64,000 nucleotides of DNA. Source: Blasia pusilla. Taxonomy: Eukaryota. Under the pieces are notes generated by a model. The model was not told the DNA's origin, did not search any database, and saw nothing but the letters and a program-made list of their open reading frames with translations. Within the stretch, counting starts at the first letter, position 1. Every line of letters starts with the position of its first letter. The DNA is taken from assembly GCA_050084515.1 (NCBI GenBank), contig CM114271.1, forward strand, positions 12,338,001-12,402,000, in the 5' to 3' direction. Made by a program: the position numbers and the translations under genes. Of the stretch, positions 40,036 through 53,299 are shown in pieces.

Positions 40036-43000
40036 TAGCAGTGCTAATTGTCATAGTGCTTCTGAACTTAGTGTCCTTGGAAGCAAATGGAGTCGTTACC
40101 AATGCTCGGTGCTCATCAACTCGCGCACTGTACATCATCAATAGTACTTGCTTCTACTGCCTGCGAAGCTGACTATTTCGAGAGCTCGAAATTGGTAGAA
40201 GGGCATGACCACTACTCCCTGAGATGTCCGTCAGAGTAGAGCGAGCTGGACATGAAGCAGACACAAAGGATCAGTCACCCTCAAACCCACCTGAACTGAC
40301 GAGAACGAAGACGTGGGTTGTGGGAGGTATAGCAGAGCACGCTTCAGCAGTTCCAAATTCTTGGAAGTACACATTATTCTTCCTTTCACATGTGGCAAGC
40401 AGGCAGCAGCAAGTGTGGCGCAAGTTTGTAACCTTGTAGATAGATCTAGTAGCACTGACATATTGATTGGTCAAATGTCAAGACCGCGCACGGACACTCC
40501 AGCACCTTTGTTTGGAAAATTTATGGCTCTCGTTTAACTCTAGATGGAGCTTAGCCCAAAAGTGCATTCCCATTCTCTCTGCAAGTGCTCTGCTTCTGGA
40601 GTGTGGACATTAGGTAGTTGTCACAGTGCGGGTACAGATGAAGGAGCTGAGCCTTGCTCTTTTCAACGAGCCATGTTCAATTGATGGATGGTCTTGATCT
40701 CATCCGTGCATATACCTGTTCTACGATATCCATTCCCGGGGTTGCACAGTTGATGCTTGCTCCTAACGGTAAGGAGTCATGCGTGGAAGCTTGTTGGGGA
40801 GTCAATGTAGGCCCTGAACAAACAGTTGCCAGCTACTGCAAGCGTTGAGACTAAGGCTGCGCGTGGAACACTGTTGCCGGTAAACTCGGCTGGGTAATGA
40901 CGGCGGATAAAACCGCTTGAATGGATGTGGATCCTTTGAAGCATATACTTGATATCTGCTTGCCTCTTCCCATGCAGTCCCCAATCTATGGCCAGTGCGC
41001 AATAGAAAGCGCTTAGGGCTCTTTCGCGATTTATTGCCTGGATTGTGCAAGCGAGTACGGCACGATGGAGGGGAGTGGTCGTGGAGCTCTGTTATGTTAA
41101 ATCGTGACCAGGAACTCTATGGGTCGCGACTTGATTCTTCTGGAATGTGTTTTGAAAGGTAGTGGATGGGATTTTTCCTCCAAAGTTCCTTTCTCTAGGA
41201 ATCGAGATGGAGGGATGTACATGTACGCCAATCGAGCTGGCATTGTTCCTTGTGTCGATCATCTTCATGAAATGATTGGTTTGGAAAACGATTTTTTTTT
41301 CTCAAAATCCTGAGAATGTCAGACTTGGGAGAAAAACTGAAAAGAATAATTTATGTTAACCTGACAACGCCTGACATGTGACTAATGCCGTAACTAACCT
41401 ATCATCAGTTATGGCTTCTTTGTTCTCATCCGTGTTACGACCTGTCACGAATCTTGTCTACAGCTCCGTAGGTTCGTTCCTGCTAATTCAAGTTGCTTAA
41501 CGCGGTATGTCCCATGTTAGCGATGTACGAGTCAGACATGTATTCAATGCGTAGCGCCGCTTACGTGAATTAATCCAAGCGGTTCTTGTCATGGCACTGA
41601 TGAATGACAGCATGACTGTTCTCTCGTTCCCGCATTACTAGGCGAAATTCAAAGTCCAAAGCTCTCACTGTTAATTAATGTGTCCTTGGGTCGTGAACAG
41701 CTCGGTCAAAGTTAACTTAAGTTTGTTGGGACAGTGTGAAGAGCTTCATTACTGAAACCTTATAGTGACGCTCCATACTTTCGGTGTCGTGAACCCTAAC
41801 GTCAAAGCCTCACTGTCTACTCTCCTCACTTCATTTCTGTGTCCAGCCCAATGATCTCAGTCACAGTGCAACGAGAGTGCGAGTTGTATTGTCGCCTGGG
41901 CGCTACTTTGTGACCAATCCCTCTTTTCAATTCTGTAGCGATAACCGAAGATAACAATCATGGGAAGTAAACTAAACAAGTGAACCAATGAAATCTGCAG
42001 ACGCATAGTGTACGCAACCCTGTAGATGCAGAGAAAGCATCACTGGTCAGAAAGTCGGCATTTCCCAGATTACAGCTGCTTGCAACGGCGTCCTTGTTGT
42101 GGCGCGCTTCTCTCCTAGGTTTGCAGTATATCTAGTGAGACCAAGCACCAATTGGCCGAGAATCCATGTACGTACGTGGATAGACTTGGAACCGTCTTCC
42201 TAACCTATAGGCTTCCCCTCCTCTAGAATCTGGATGAATTGGAGGCACGGCACGGCACGTCATGTCCAGGTCCGTCCAGGTGTGGCTGTCTGGCATCCAT
42301 CCCAACGTAAGGAAATCTTTTGTAACAAAGAGACAATTACGGTCGCAAGTTATCGATTCATATTTTAGTCCTCGCTGATCCAAGGATAGCCGGTAATGGC
42401 GGGGCGCCAAGATTTTTCCTATCCGGGCGTGGACAATTGGTCCACGCCCTATGCATATACTCGTGATGTCCATCGTCTCCACCAGCGGCCCGCGTCGATG
42501 GCTGTCTCGCTGGTCCTCAGTGTAAGTTCTGGGGACAAAATATAAAGCGTGTACACTGCAGTAGGCTGTGGATGGATGAGGCTTCCACTCATCATCGTCA
42601 CATGGAAGAAATTCTAGGTGGAAAGAGCAGCTCTCCACTCCACCAGAAAAACTTTCTTAAGGGTTCGCCTTTGTGACTAGCAATATTTTTCTGGCATCTG
42701 ATTCAAGAAAGGTCAAGTATTTTCGCGGGTTCCAAATTCGGATAAAGTAGATGGATATTGTCGTAGAGTTTCTTGGTTAACGTGTCCCTCAAAATTCCGT
42801 GGTAACGAGTGCTTTGTTTGGTCCGTATACCGACTGACGTTATACGAGAGGCTTGGTATGAGTCTTGTTGAATGCTTGAAGCGTTCCGGATCCACAAATC
42901 CCGGCTACAAGCACCCGAAAGAAGCACCGCCCAAGGACGGGCTACTGCCGCGAGGCTATGGCATGCACAATGCATTACAAGTACAGTCTATCTCTGGTCG

Positions 43001-44112
43001 AGCTGATCCGAAGGGTCTAAAGGGCATGCATGATTCTCGAGGCTTAATGAGTACATTCTCCTCAACAGGGTTAACGTAGACGCATCTGACTCTCCACGTC
43101 AAGATTCCTACAAGTCTGAACGGCGAAGTCTTAGGAGGTGAATTGAGTAGTTCGAGGGAGGAACCCAACCACCCAAGTTGTAAGGCCGACCGACTTCTCT
43201 GGAGATTAAAAGGGGAAGGGTTCAACGGGGGGAGTCAAACGGACTTGGTGGGTCTTCCCCACCAAGTCCGTGCCATGCGATCTTTTGTAGTGCCAGTTTC
43301 TTTCTATCTCGGGGGAATCATTTCTCGTTTGAAAGGAGTTACTCTCGCTGCCACTACGTGATAGACTTCCACTCCACCAATTCTCGTGCCCATCTCCATT
43401 CCGTAATAAAATCTTTATATCTTCCCGATCCTCGAAATGAAATAATGGCTTAATAACCCCCTTAGGAAAATGTTGTGCCTTAAGAGGGCCATGTGAAAGA
43501 AATAACACATTACAGGCCCCTTCGGCATGGCCATGAAGAACTCAGCCACCCCATTACCTCGTGAAGGGGCCTCTCAGGGCCTCTCAATCACCAAAGGGCT
43601 CGGAGGAACTTTGTAGGTTGAAGCTGGTCGTTTCACCTTCACAATTTTCTTTTTAGTGCAAAACGCTATAGCCTTGCTGAACCTCTGTCTTATATGCAGA
43701 AACTGAAACTAGGGTCCCAATTACTTAGTAACTAAAAATTGAATGAGATGCTTTGTCTTTCTAGTTAGGTTAAATGGAGGATTGTTTGTGCAAGTTATGC
43801 AATTTTTGAAGTAGGAGAAGCCTCTGCATAAATTGAAGGAGATGATTACAAGGAATGGATATCAGATGAACCTTTTGATGGACCGATGGCATGATTCTTC
43901 AAATGGGTCACTCCCAAGCTATTATCTGACTAAGTCATAGAGTGGGAACGATAATTCCTACACACAGTAAGAGACCTAGATTACAATCCTACAATTGTTC
44001 AAAGTATAATGTGGAATAGATGAGGGAGAATTGAATGTAATTGCGAGTCTGTCAACCTAATATAATTGGCCCATAGAGGAAAATGCAACCTCATATAATC
44101 ATATTTATCCCA

Positions 44113-45941
44113 TGTTGGGCGGATACACATCGCTACACAACATACATCGTTGTAACCGAACACACACACAAACACGCACGATCCCATGCTAACTCATGGC
44201 ATCCAAACAACGAGACAAGAAGTACTAAAATATCTCTAATAAATCAAGATCCAATCTCTGTCAATACCATAGGTCTCAAATGTGTGCACTCTCTCTCTCA
44301 ATGTCAAACCAAACCCACTCTCCTAATGAGAGGCTAGGGTTACACACACAAGGCAAGCAAGACCATAGTTCCGTCGCCTCATGCCAAGAGGTTCAACAAA
44401 GAGAGAATGAGCTCTCGAACTCTCTCTCATTGAGGTATACCCCTCCCCTCTCCCAAGCTCTCTCCATGGTAACCTATGCTCCCAAGTCATCTCCTTGGCT
44501 CTTGACCTGATGTAGGAGGTCAAGGGCCACTTACCAAAAATAAAAAGGCGACCATATACTCAAAATAATACTTACCTAAAATAGTAAGTTCATGAATATG
44601 GCTCTAAATGAGCTGAAACGAAGGGGAAACCTACTCTCTCAGGTTTCCCGCGGCCTCAACAAGTCATCCTCGACCTCCTGAGCCTTTCCTTCTCTACTCG
44701 CGTAGGCACTCTACTCGATCTCACCGATTTAACCTAAAAGGTGTGAAAGATGTCGTGCGCATACACACTGCTACACAATATACATCGTTATCACCACAAA
44801 CAAACAATCACGATCCCATGCTAACTCATGGCATCCAAACAACGAGACAACAAGTACCAAAGTATCTCCAATCGCTCCCCTAGCTGGTGGTTAGGTTCCT
44901 CTAACTCCAGATAGCCATCTATCCCTACCTACCATGACATACATCTCTCAGACGCTAAGAGCAAGAAGGCCCGGTGCTCATGTGGCCCCATCGTTAGTCA
45001 CCTTCTTGTCATCCATGTCATAGACACAAGTCAAAATGTAGAACTACCTACTCTATGACACATCCATCGTCCCTAAGGAACCCTAGTGAGACGTGGCGTC
45101 AAGCAAGCCATATGCCATCCTCTCGAACATACTAGCATAGTGGCTACACCACGGGCAGAACCACACAACATATATCACAAGCCTCCAAGAACTCCTGCTA
45201 AGCTCGGATCAACTGTATCGTCAATGTTCAGAAGGTGACACGGCGCAAAGTTATGCATATGGTCCTTCCAAATCATACCATTGCGTCCCTCCAATAAGAG
45301 AACACTTAATGGCAAAACCTCACGCACTCTCAAGATGGTGCGACCTGCAGTCACATCCAACGTTGTGGATGCCGTCTACTGCAAGTAGACATAGTCTCCT
45401 TGATGAAACCTTCGGAAAGTAGGTTGATAACCACCCCCGCGAATAGTCGCATACCTCAATGTATCCTGATGCTACGCAATCGCCATGTTCTCAAACGCCA
45501 TGGGCATCACTCTCCGAAACAACTTTGTACTCTAAGAACATGCTCGCATCCATACACCAGGGTCATCAAGGTGTCAACAACATCTTGACGAATAGCCGTA
45601 GGTAAATCTGGCTCACGGCCATAAAGCAACAAGTACGGTGAGAAAGACGCTAAGGATGCGTGTATGCTGAATCTGTATCCCATCGCCAACCACGGCAACT
45701 GAAGGTCCCAATCTCCTAGGTGACCTCTCTGCAAGCCATACTTACGTTGTCCTCTCTTCACCGTCTGCACAATCCACTCCGCTAGTCCATTCGTCTCAAG
45801 ATGATCTCGCGAAGTACTGCAATGGTCGATCAGTGCCTAATCACACAAGGCCTTAAACTCCCCGTGGAACTTTATACCTTGGTTTGTCAATATCTTAGGT
45901 GGTGCACTGTAATGACTTAGCACGCGATCTAGGAAGGCATA
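44113..45941 (-). mobile_element. 3' part of PHD-Gypsy: integrase core and tail, PHD (45052-45175), B-A-B (B 44751-44870 and 44113-44238)
   Basis: YAFLDRVLSHYSAPPKILTNQGIKF, TNGLAE..VQTVK, SPYLLLYGREPDLP, LLLEGRNGMIWKDH, MLCG..MLVCSRGWHMACLTP..WMCH; GCTAGGGGAG tract before B1. Confidence 0.9.
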
Positions 45942-46455
45942 TATCATGTCTTTTAAGATAGATCGGTGAGATCTAGTAGAGCGCCTTCGTGAGTAGTGGA
46001 CGACACGCTCAATAGGTCGAGGATGATGTGCTGAGGCCCCGGGAAACCTGAGAGAGCAGGTTTCCCCTTCGTTTCGGCTCATTTGGAGCCATATTGAGGA
46101 ACTTACTATTTTAGGTAAGTACCATTTTAAGTATATGATCAATTTTATATTTTTGGTAAGTGGCCTTTGACCTCCTACATCAAGTCAAGAGCCAAGGAGG
46201 TGACTTGGGAGAATAGGTTACCATGGAGAGAGCTTGGGAGAGGGGAGGGGTATACCTCAAGGAGAGCGAGCTTGAGAGCTCACTCTCTCTTTGTTGAACC
46301 TCTTGGCATGAGGCGGCGGAGCTATGGTCCCTTGCCTTGTGAGTGTAACCCGAGCCTCTCATTAGGAGAGTGGGTTTGGTTTGACATGAGAGAGAGTGCA
46401 CACCTTTGAGAGCTATGGTGTGAGATGGTGTAGAGAGAGATTGGATCTTACTTTA
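45942..46455 (+). repeat. 5' terminal A repeat
   Basis: High similarity to the reverse complement of 44239-44750 (A between two B repeats) and to 23505-23945; here it is not flanked by B on either side. Confidence 0.88.
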
Positions 46456-48227
46456 CAAAGAGAGAATGAGAGAGTGAGAGAGCCTCATGGGGGAGCTTGC
46501 TGGTTACTCGCTATTTTTGCAGGTTGGGGACGGTGTTCCCCGTTCAGCGGCTCATGGGAGTGCTCATCGGAGCAAGGGCTGCTTTGATTGTTCTTTGCAT
46601 TTTTCGTGTGGGAGAGTGGCGCGCGGAAGCGCTGCCCAATTTTTGATAGGGATTGATCATGGGGGTGGGTTGCCCCATGCCGATGCTCTTGGGAGCACCA
46701 TGTAGCTTGCTGATTTGTATTTTTACAGGTTTTACATTTTGGTTGGGAGAAATCAGCCCGGAAGCGCTGCCAAATTTTGTGTAGGAGAAAGAGACATTGG
46801 GCTTTACAATAGTCCTCGTAAGTTTTTACTGGAATGTCCAATTCCAAATATGTTTTGATTTTGTTGTAGATTGTAAAGCTGTGCACGTTATGCAATAAAT
46901 GGTGCGCAATTTGGAGTTGCGAGTAAAAAGTTATGGTCAATCTTGAAAAACTGCCATTGCTAGGCGATTTTTAGGGTTAAATTGTTCAAACCCTAAACCA
47001 GCCGCCACGCCGGCGGCGGCCGTCGTCGTCATAGTCACCGTCACCAGTCAACAGTCAACCATCACCATCGACGGTCAACTATCACGATCAATGGTCCGTC
47101 GTCATCATCAATGGTCAACCGTCACCGTCAACGGTCCACGGTCCACCGTCGCCGTTGCCTAGCGTTGCTTAGAGCTGGATTCGGCCGTTTTCCACCCTTT
47201 GGTTGCCATAGCCGCCACTACGAGTGGAGGGTCTTCAACGACCACCATTGATTCTCTCACTTGCGCCGCCGCCACATACTTTGGTGTGGCCGCCACCGTC
47301 ATCGTAGTTTCGTCATCAACCAGTGATGGTAGATGACCTCCGGTTATGGTGTTTGAGTTTTGATTTCATGCTGCTATGTTGTGATTGGTAGCCGCTCGAT
47401 GACGATCCAGTACCGTGCCGTGACGCTTGTAGCTGCAACGCACCGCCGATTTTCGCGCCGTGCCGCTCGTGGCCGCACCGCACCATCTTGATCGCGGAGC
47501 TGCACCGTCATTGTGGAGCAGAGTGTGGGTTTATTGTTGATTGAGGAGGGTATGCCGCCAAGTGCCGCATCCCACCATCGAGGGCCATGACGTTCGTAGC
47601 CGTTCCGTGCCGCTTGCACCGCCGCACCGTTCCGCAGGAACCGCACTATCCATCAAGGAGTTTTAAGCAACGTCACTACGGGAGGAGTATGACTTGTTGA
47701 TTGGAAGAGTTGTCTCCATAACCGAGTTGGGGTCGAGATTTGCAATTGCTGAGGAGCGACATCGACCTGTGTTCAGGTTACCCATTCTGGTCCTTTACCC
47801 TGCACGTGTGAGGGATTCTGGGATTTGGGTAGTTTATTTGGGGATATTGGGTGTGTGCATGCTGAGAGCATCATTTATGTATGTGGTTTAGGGGACATAG
47901 ACATGTGTGGGATATCCGTAGTTGAGGGTAGATTGTCGATGAGATGATAGCATGGTCAATTTTCCGCACCATGTCGCTTGTTGCCGCACGTTACACGTTT
48001 TGAGGAGGGAAAGTGTAGATCGAGTGTCGCATGTTTGGGATGAGTGATTAAGGGATTACTCGCGAGGTTGAGAGTGATCATGTGAGAGGGGCACAAGGGC
48101 CATCACGACGTCCTTTCAGGATTTTGAGAGGCAAGGTAATGGACCTGAGAGTAGCTCTGGAGGGTTTACCCGGAGTGGTGCGAGGTTTCGAGGGTCTCCA
48201 CGTGAGAGACCACCTCCATCTCCTTCT

Positions 48228-49629
48228 ATGTCATCTTTAGACGAGGGGGAGCGTGTAGAGGAGTTTGTGAGCACATCGCCACAGATTGTGAGTGGTCCTA
48301 CCAGTTGGGCGTATGAGATGGACGATCAGGCTAGAGGACCGCGTAGGTTTTCAGGTGCATTAGGGACGATTGAGTTGCACGATTTCATAGCAGAGTTTAG
48401 GAGTTGGTGCGACTCCAAGCGGGCCAGGAACTCTAGAGGGTTCAACCCGTTTACAACATGGAACGGTATGTTCTAGCATTTAGAGGGGGCGCCCATGGAC
48501 GATTACCACGAGTTCTCTCAGAGATATGCACGTGAGATCGAGGCGTGGAGGCTCTACTATGACCTACATTATGTGTCATGGACGGAGCCATTCCCAGATG
48601 AGGAGGAGGAGTCATGAGAGGCTACTTCCTCTTCCACTAGTGATGTTTTAGGAGGGGTAACTCGCATGGGAGTAGTTGCACCTTCTACTCGGGCTCGTCC
48701 CAGGTTCAACCGTGTGGTTGAGTTCTTTGCTGAGTTGAGGGCGAGCTACCAAGGGGTACAGACGGAGAAGTTGCGGAGCATCCACGACTTCCAGAGGCGC
48801 TCGGGTGAGAGTTTGCGTGAGGCTTACACTCGCTTGCGCGTGTTGATCAACGTCACTCAGGGGGTGACAGAGGCTCACGCTATCCAGTCATGGTACGCGA
48901 TGCTAGACCGGACCCTGCAGACACGGGTGCGGGAGGAGGTGCTTCTTATGAACACCTCCCCTACATTGAAAGATGTTTTCACGACCGCCAAGAACATTGA
49001 GCGCAATATGGCGGAGGAGAGCATAGCCACCATGGGTTCTCGGCGAGAGCAGTCACGATTGACTACACTACCTGTGCAACAACGTGGACTCTGAGATAGG
49101 TCGATTGTGGCACCACGCGCTTAGGGAGGATACCGGGAGGCCGTGCCACAGAGACCTGCCTTCATATGCGGCTCAGCAGCCGCCGCCTTCTATTACTTGT
49201 TGGTCATGTAGTGGAGCCCATCATCAGTGCGATTGCACCCGTCAGGGTTATGGACGTGTGCCTCAGCATGGAGGAGGAGATGGTGTTGCACCAGGTGGTC
49301 CTGTTGGGGGACGAGGACCTGGAGTTTCCCAACAGGGTGGTGGAGCTGCCCATGGAGGAGGTAGAGTCCTACCACCTAGACGCGTCGAGAGAGATGCCGG
49401 GCGTGAGGCTAGGATGGCTCCTCAGATACATCAGCTACAGGAGCAGATTGCCGCTATGGCATTGAGATTACCCGATGCCAGATCCGTGGCATCGACATCA
49501 TATGGAGCAGCTAGAGATATAAGGGATCCTGGTTGGATGTGCGGGGTTGCCCAAATGGAGGCAGCCGCAGTTGTGACGCATGGAGCAGCCGCAGAGCTGG
49601 ATCCACAGCAAGGGGAAGCCAGGAAATAG
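48228..49629 (+). pseudogene. gag with CCHC zinc knuckle
   Basis: RRFSGALGTIELHDFIAEFRSWC, FQRRSGESLREAYTRLR (retrotransposon gag-like), CWSCSGAHHQCDC. Confidence 0.8.
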
Positions 49630-50089
49630 ACTAGGCTTCCTTAGTCTTTCACGTTGTCCAAGACGATGAGGACCCCATCGATGGGTCTTGATCAGAGTTC
49701 CTAGAGAGTTGGTGATGTTGTTGGTGTGCAGGCACGAAGGGCAATGGGAGAAGCAAGTGCGACGACTCCTATTGTTGATGCTCAGAAGGGGCATGTATCG
49801 AGCACGTTGTTGGGGGCAACCACCATTGTGTACCGCGTTCCTTTATTTTCTGCTTCCGATGTTATGAAGTTGGGGGCTACGCCCGCCGAGGCTTTTCGGC
49901 TGGCCGCTACGCTATATGAGCGTGGAGTTGGAGTTCTTGCATCACGTTTAGAGGTGATTGTAGAGGAGGTGATGGACCTATCCTTGGAGTGGATGCTCGA
50001 GCCGTCCACGTCAGATTCATGGCAAGCTGTGGCTGCTAGGATGGCGGAGATGCCCGCTAGACCCGCGATAGAGCGTGCCATGGCTTCTC

Positions 50090-50490
50090 CTGGTGTTGTG
50101 TTGCTGGATAATCGAGAAGAGGTCTTCCAGTTGGTGAGTCCCGGAGGTAGAGCTTTTAGTCCGAAACGCGTCTTGTTGGATTCAGGAGCACAACCCCTGA
50201 TGTTGGGGAAAGCGTCATTCAGAGGATTGGACTTGACGAGAGCCAATGTGGAGCGTTGTCCATTCCGCATATAGACATCCTTGGGTGGAGCGAGTACCAC
50301 ATAATATATCACCCGACAGGAGGTCGTGGTGAGGATTCGCCCGGGACATCCTATAGATGAGTCTGTGGTGCGAGCCAAGGCGATAGTGACTGATGTAGAG
50401 TCCTATGACGTCTTGGTTGGTGGAGCAGTGTTATGACTGATGGGATTTTCCCTCGATTATTGGGAGCAATGAGCATCCTACAGACCAAGA
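50090..50490 (+). pseudogene. Retroviral-type aspartic protease
   Basis: RVLLDSGAQ (DSG at 50179-50187) and the downstream YDVLVGG motif. Confidence 0.85.
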
Positions 50491-50906
50491 TGAGAGTCAG
50501 GTGATGGGCGCCTTAGCTCATTAACCATTCGATTCACATGTGCAGTGATCGAGCAACGGCCAGGAGAGATGGCGACCTTAGCAACATTTAGTAGTGCCAT
50601 CACTTGGCCTAGTGATTTGATTGAGGGACATATCCATGTAGAGGATACTCCTGTTCCTGAAATTTCTATGGAGAGGCGTGTTATGGTAGCCGTATCATTC
50701 CGTGGATGAGAGGTGCCGTTGTGGGGCTCGATTGAGGAGCTTCGACGATTGGCAGATGAGCACGTGCAAACCGCACGGAGCGAGGCGTTTGCACCAGAGC
50801 ATGACGGGTCTGAGGAACCCGAGGTAGTAGGGAGTGCTATGATGACACCCTTTGATACCACACTCATTGTGTGGTGTACCCCCTTTGATACCACACCCAT
50901 GAGGGT

Positions 50907-52845
50907 ATTCGAGTTTTAGATCTCTTTGGAGGGATTAGCACCGGGTTAGCAGTTGTTTTGCAGGCAAGAGTGCGAGTATAAGAGTACCTGTATGTGGAGA
51001 GTGATGATGTTGCAAGGCGCATCTCACTACAACATGTGGTGCAGTTACCCCTACATTTTCCCGACTTATTGTCTGTGTCCACGGTACAGGGATACCAGAG
51101 TTCCTTACCGAGGGATATTTCATTGTTGGGGGCGCAGGACTTAGAGCCGGTAGGAACCATTGATTTGGTCATTTCTGGTTGGCCATGTCAGGGCCAATAC
51201 TGGGCTCACTACCTACTAGTTCACGGAGAAGATGGTGCAAGAGAAGGACTACCAAGAAGTCTTGATGAGCGATACTAAAGCCTTATGTCTGTCTGCACAC
51301 TTTTCTTCATCTGAACTTTCACCATATAAAACTTTGCTTTCGAAGTACCTAGATGTGTTTGCCTGCACCATGGAGGAGATGAAAGGAGTACCAAAACAAT
51401 ATGGGGAGCATAGAATTGATCTCAAGTCTGAGGCAATCCCTGTGCGAATGATGCGGTATAGATTGAATCCAAAGTATTCCTTAATGGTCAAAGATGAAAT
51501 TGATCAGAGGTTGGAATCAAGAGTCATTTATCCGATATTGAGTAGTGAGTGGGTATCCCCCAAAGTCATTGTTCTTGTGCTTCATCCTCTAGACTGGACG
51601 AAGAAATTCCACGTGTATATAGACATCTCTTCATTTGCTATTGGTGTAGTACTCAATAAATTAGATGAGAAAAAGAAGGATTATATACCCTATCTATTCT
51701 GCAGGTCGGCAACTCTCGGTGGCGGAGCAGAAGTACACTACTACGGAGAGGGAGGCCTTGGAAATGGTCTTTGCCTGCAAGAAGTTCCGGCATTACTTTC
51801 TGGGGTACCCATTTATTTTTCATGTCGACCATTTTGCGCTTTGTGCCTTGGTGGTCAAAGCGGATTTCTCACGCAGGATTGCCCAGTGGATAATGCGGAT
51901 TTCTTATCAGGGTTGAGGACGCCCAAGGTCAACCTCACGAAGACCCTGTAAGATGATTTTTCGGACGAGGAGATGTTCCTTATAAGCAAAGAGACCTTGA
52001 GAAGATCTTCATACGAGGACATTTTGCAGTTCCTCGTCACTTTTAGATTGCCAACCCTTATGACAGAAAAAGAGCGGGTAGTGTTTTTACATAAGGTACG
52101 GCCTTATGAGCTGTGCTAGGAGGTATTATTCAAGCTTGGCACAGATGAAGAATACCGGAGATGCTTGGAGAAGGAGGAAGTACCCCAAGTGTTGGACAAG
52201 GCAGCGGGTTGGATGATACTCGGTCCAGGTTGCTTTGGGAGATGTTGAGGGTCTTACAGCAGTTACAAGAGCACCAGTCTCGTTCTCCAACCTACATTCT
52301 GGAGAATATGCCCATCTTAGGAGACTCCAGGTCACGGGTGGTGATGAGTGCTCATCAGGTGTGTGCCTAGATCGGCCCAACACTGTTCTTGGATGCGGCG
52401 AGTGTAGGTTCTAGAGCCCATCGCCCGTGTCTATGGTGGACCAACTTGGTTTCCCATGCGGTGTTACGGAGGGCGTATGCGAGAGTGGAGCGCCCCTCCC
52501 ATTTGTTGGTGGATCCCATTATGGAGCCAAGTCGTTGATCACACGCAGTGAGGAACGATGATCAACCACCGTTGACTGTGGTCAATAGGGTAGGCAGGCT
52601 ATGGGCAGCCTTTCCCACGTTTATGAGTTTTCGTGCTTCCTACGCATACAAGGAGGCCAGTCCTAGCTTGGTTTGGGATGACCAGGTTCAGAGGTTGGTG
52701 GAGCCCAACGCCAACGAGAGAGAGCGGGCGATGGGATTTCCCCCAGAAGTGACGGCAGTCTCGTCAGTATCAGAGGCATCACGACGCCATGTCTTGGGTC
52801 AGGCGATGGACTTGAACTCCTTGACATGGATCTTCAGCTTGGGAG
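50907..52845 (+). pseudogene. DNMT3-like C5 cytosine methyltransferase domain, copy 1, split by an insertion at 51198-52184
   Basis: Motif I IRVLDLFGGISTG; motif IV IDLVISGWPCQG; GL..RSRLLWE; motif VI YILENM; motif VIII DAASVGSRAHRPCLWWTNL; motif IX ERERAMGFP..T; motif X RRHVLGQAM. Confidence 0.92.
51198..52184 (+). mobile_element. LTR-less, internally deleted pol fragment of a different Gypsy lineage
   Basis: EHRIDLK..YRLNP..SEWVSP (RT N-terminus) joined to FHVYIDISSFAIG, AEQKYTTTEREAL (RNase H) and LFKLGTDEEYRRCLEKEEV (pre-integrase); absent from the paralogous MTase at ~58300. Confidence 0.85.
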
Positions 52846-53299
52846 TGGCTGAGCAGTGTCGGATGAGATCGCGACAGATCACAACGGTTGCGTTGGTGAG
52901 CCCCATGCCTACCAAGATGGTGGAGGCAGTGGCTGGGGGCGATACCCGAGGAGATCAACATACCAAGGTAGATCGGGAGAGACACCCTTGGACTTCTTGG
53001 GATGTTTTGCAGGTACGCCAGGAGATGATAGCCACAACATCGAGCGTGGTTCTGGGCACTGCATGTGGAGGAGATCAGAGTTTGCACTTGGCTGCAGGAG
53101 AGTGGTCGAGTGTTGTTGTTTGAGATGGGGTTGCACCATAGCAACCACTCATATCCACGCCGGAGAGTCCTACCGTAGTCACGATGGAAAGTTGGGAGCT
53201 AGATATGGGCCCTTTGTTGATAGGAGGAGAGTTGCGTCGAATACATCAGTTCCTCAAGAGTTATAGGAGCCGCTTTGCATTTAGCATGGAGGATTTGGG

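Noticed and set aside
50845-50900. Programmed frameshift site before the MTase
   Set aside because: The shift comes from a local CCCTTTGATACCACAC duplication absent in copy 2, where this region reads through in frame.
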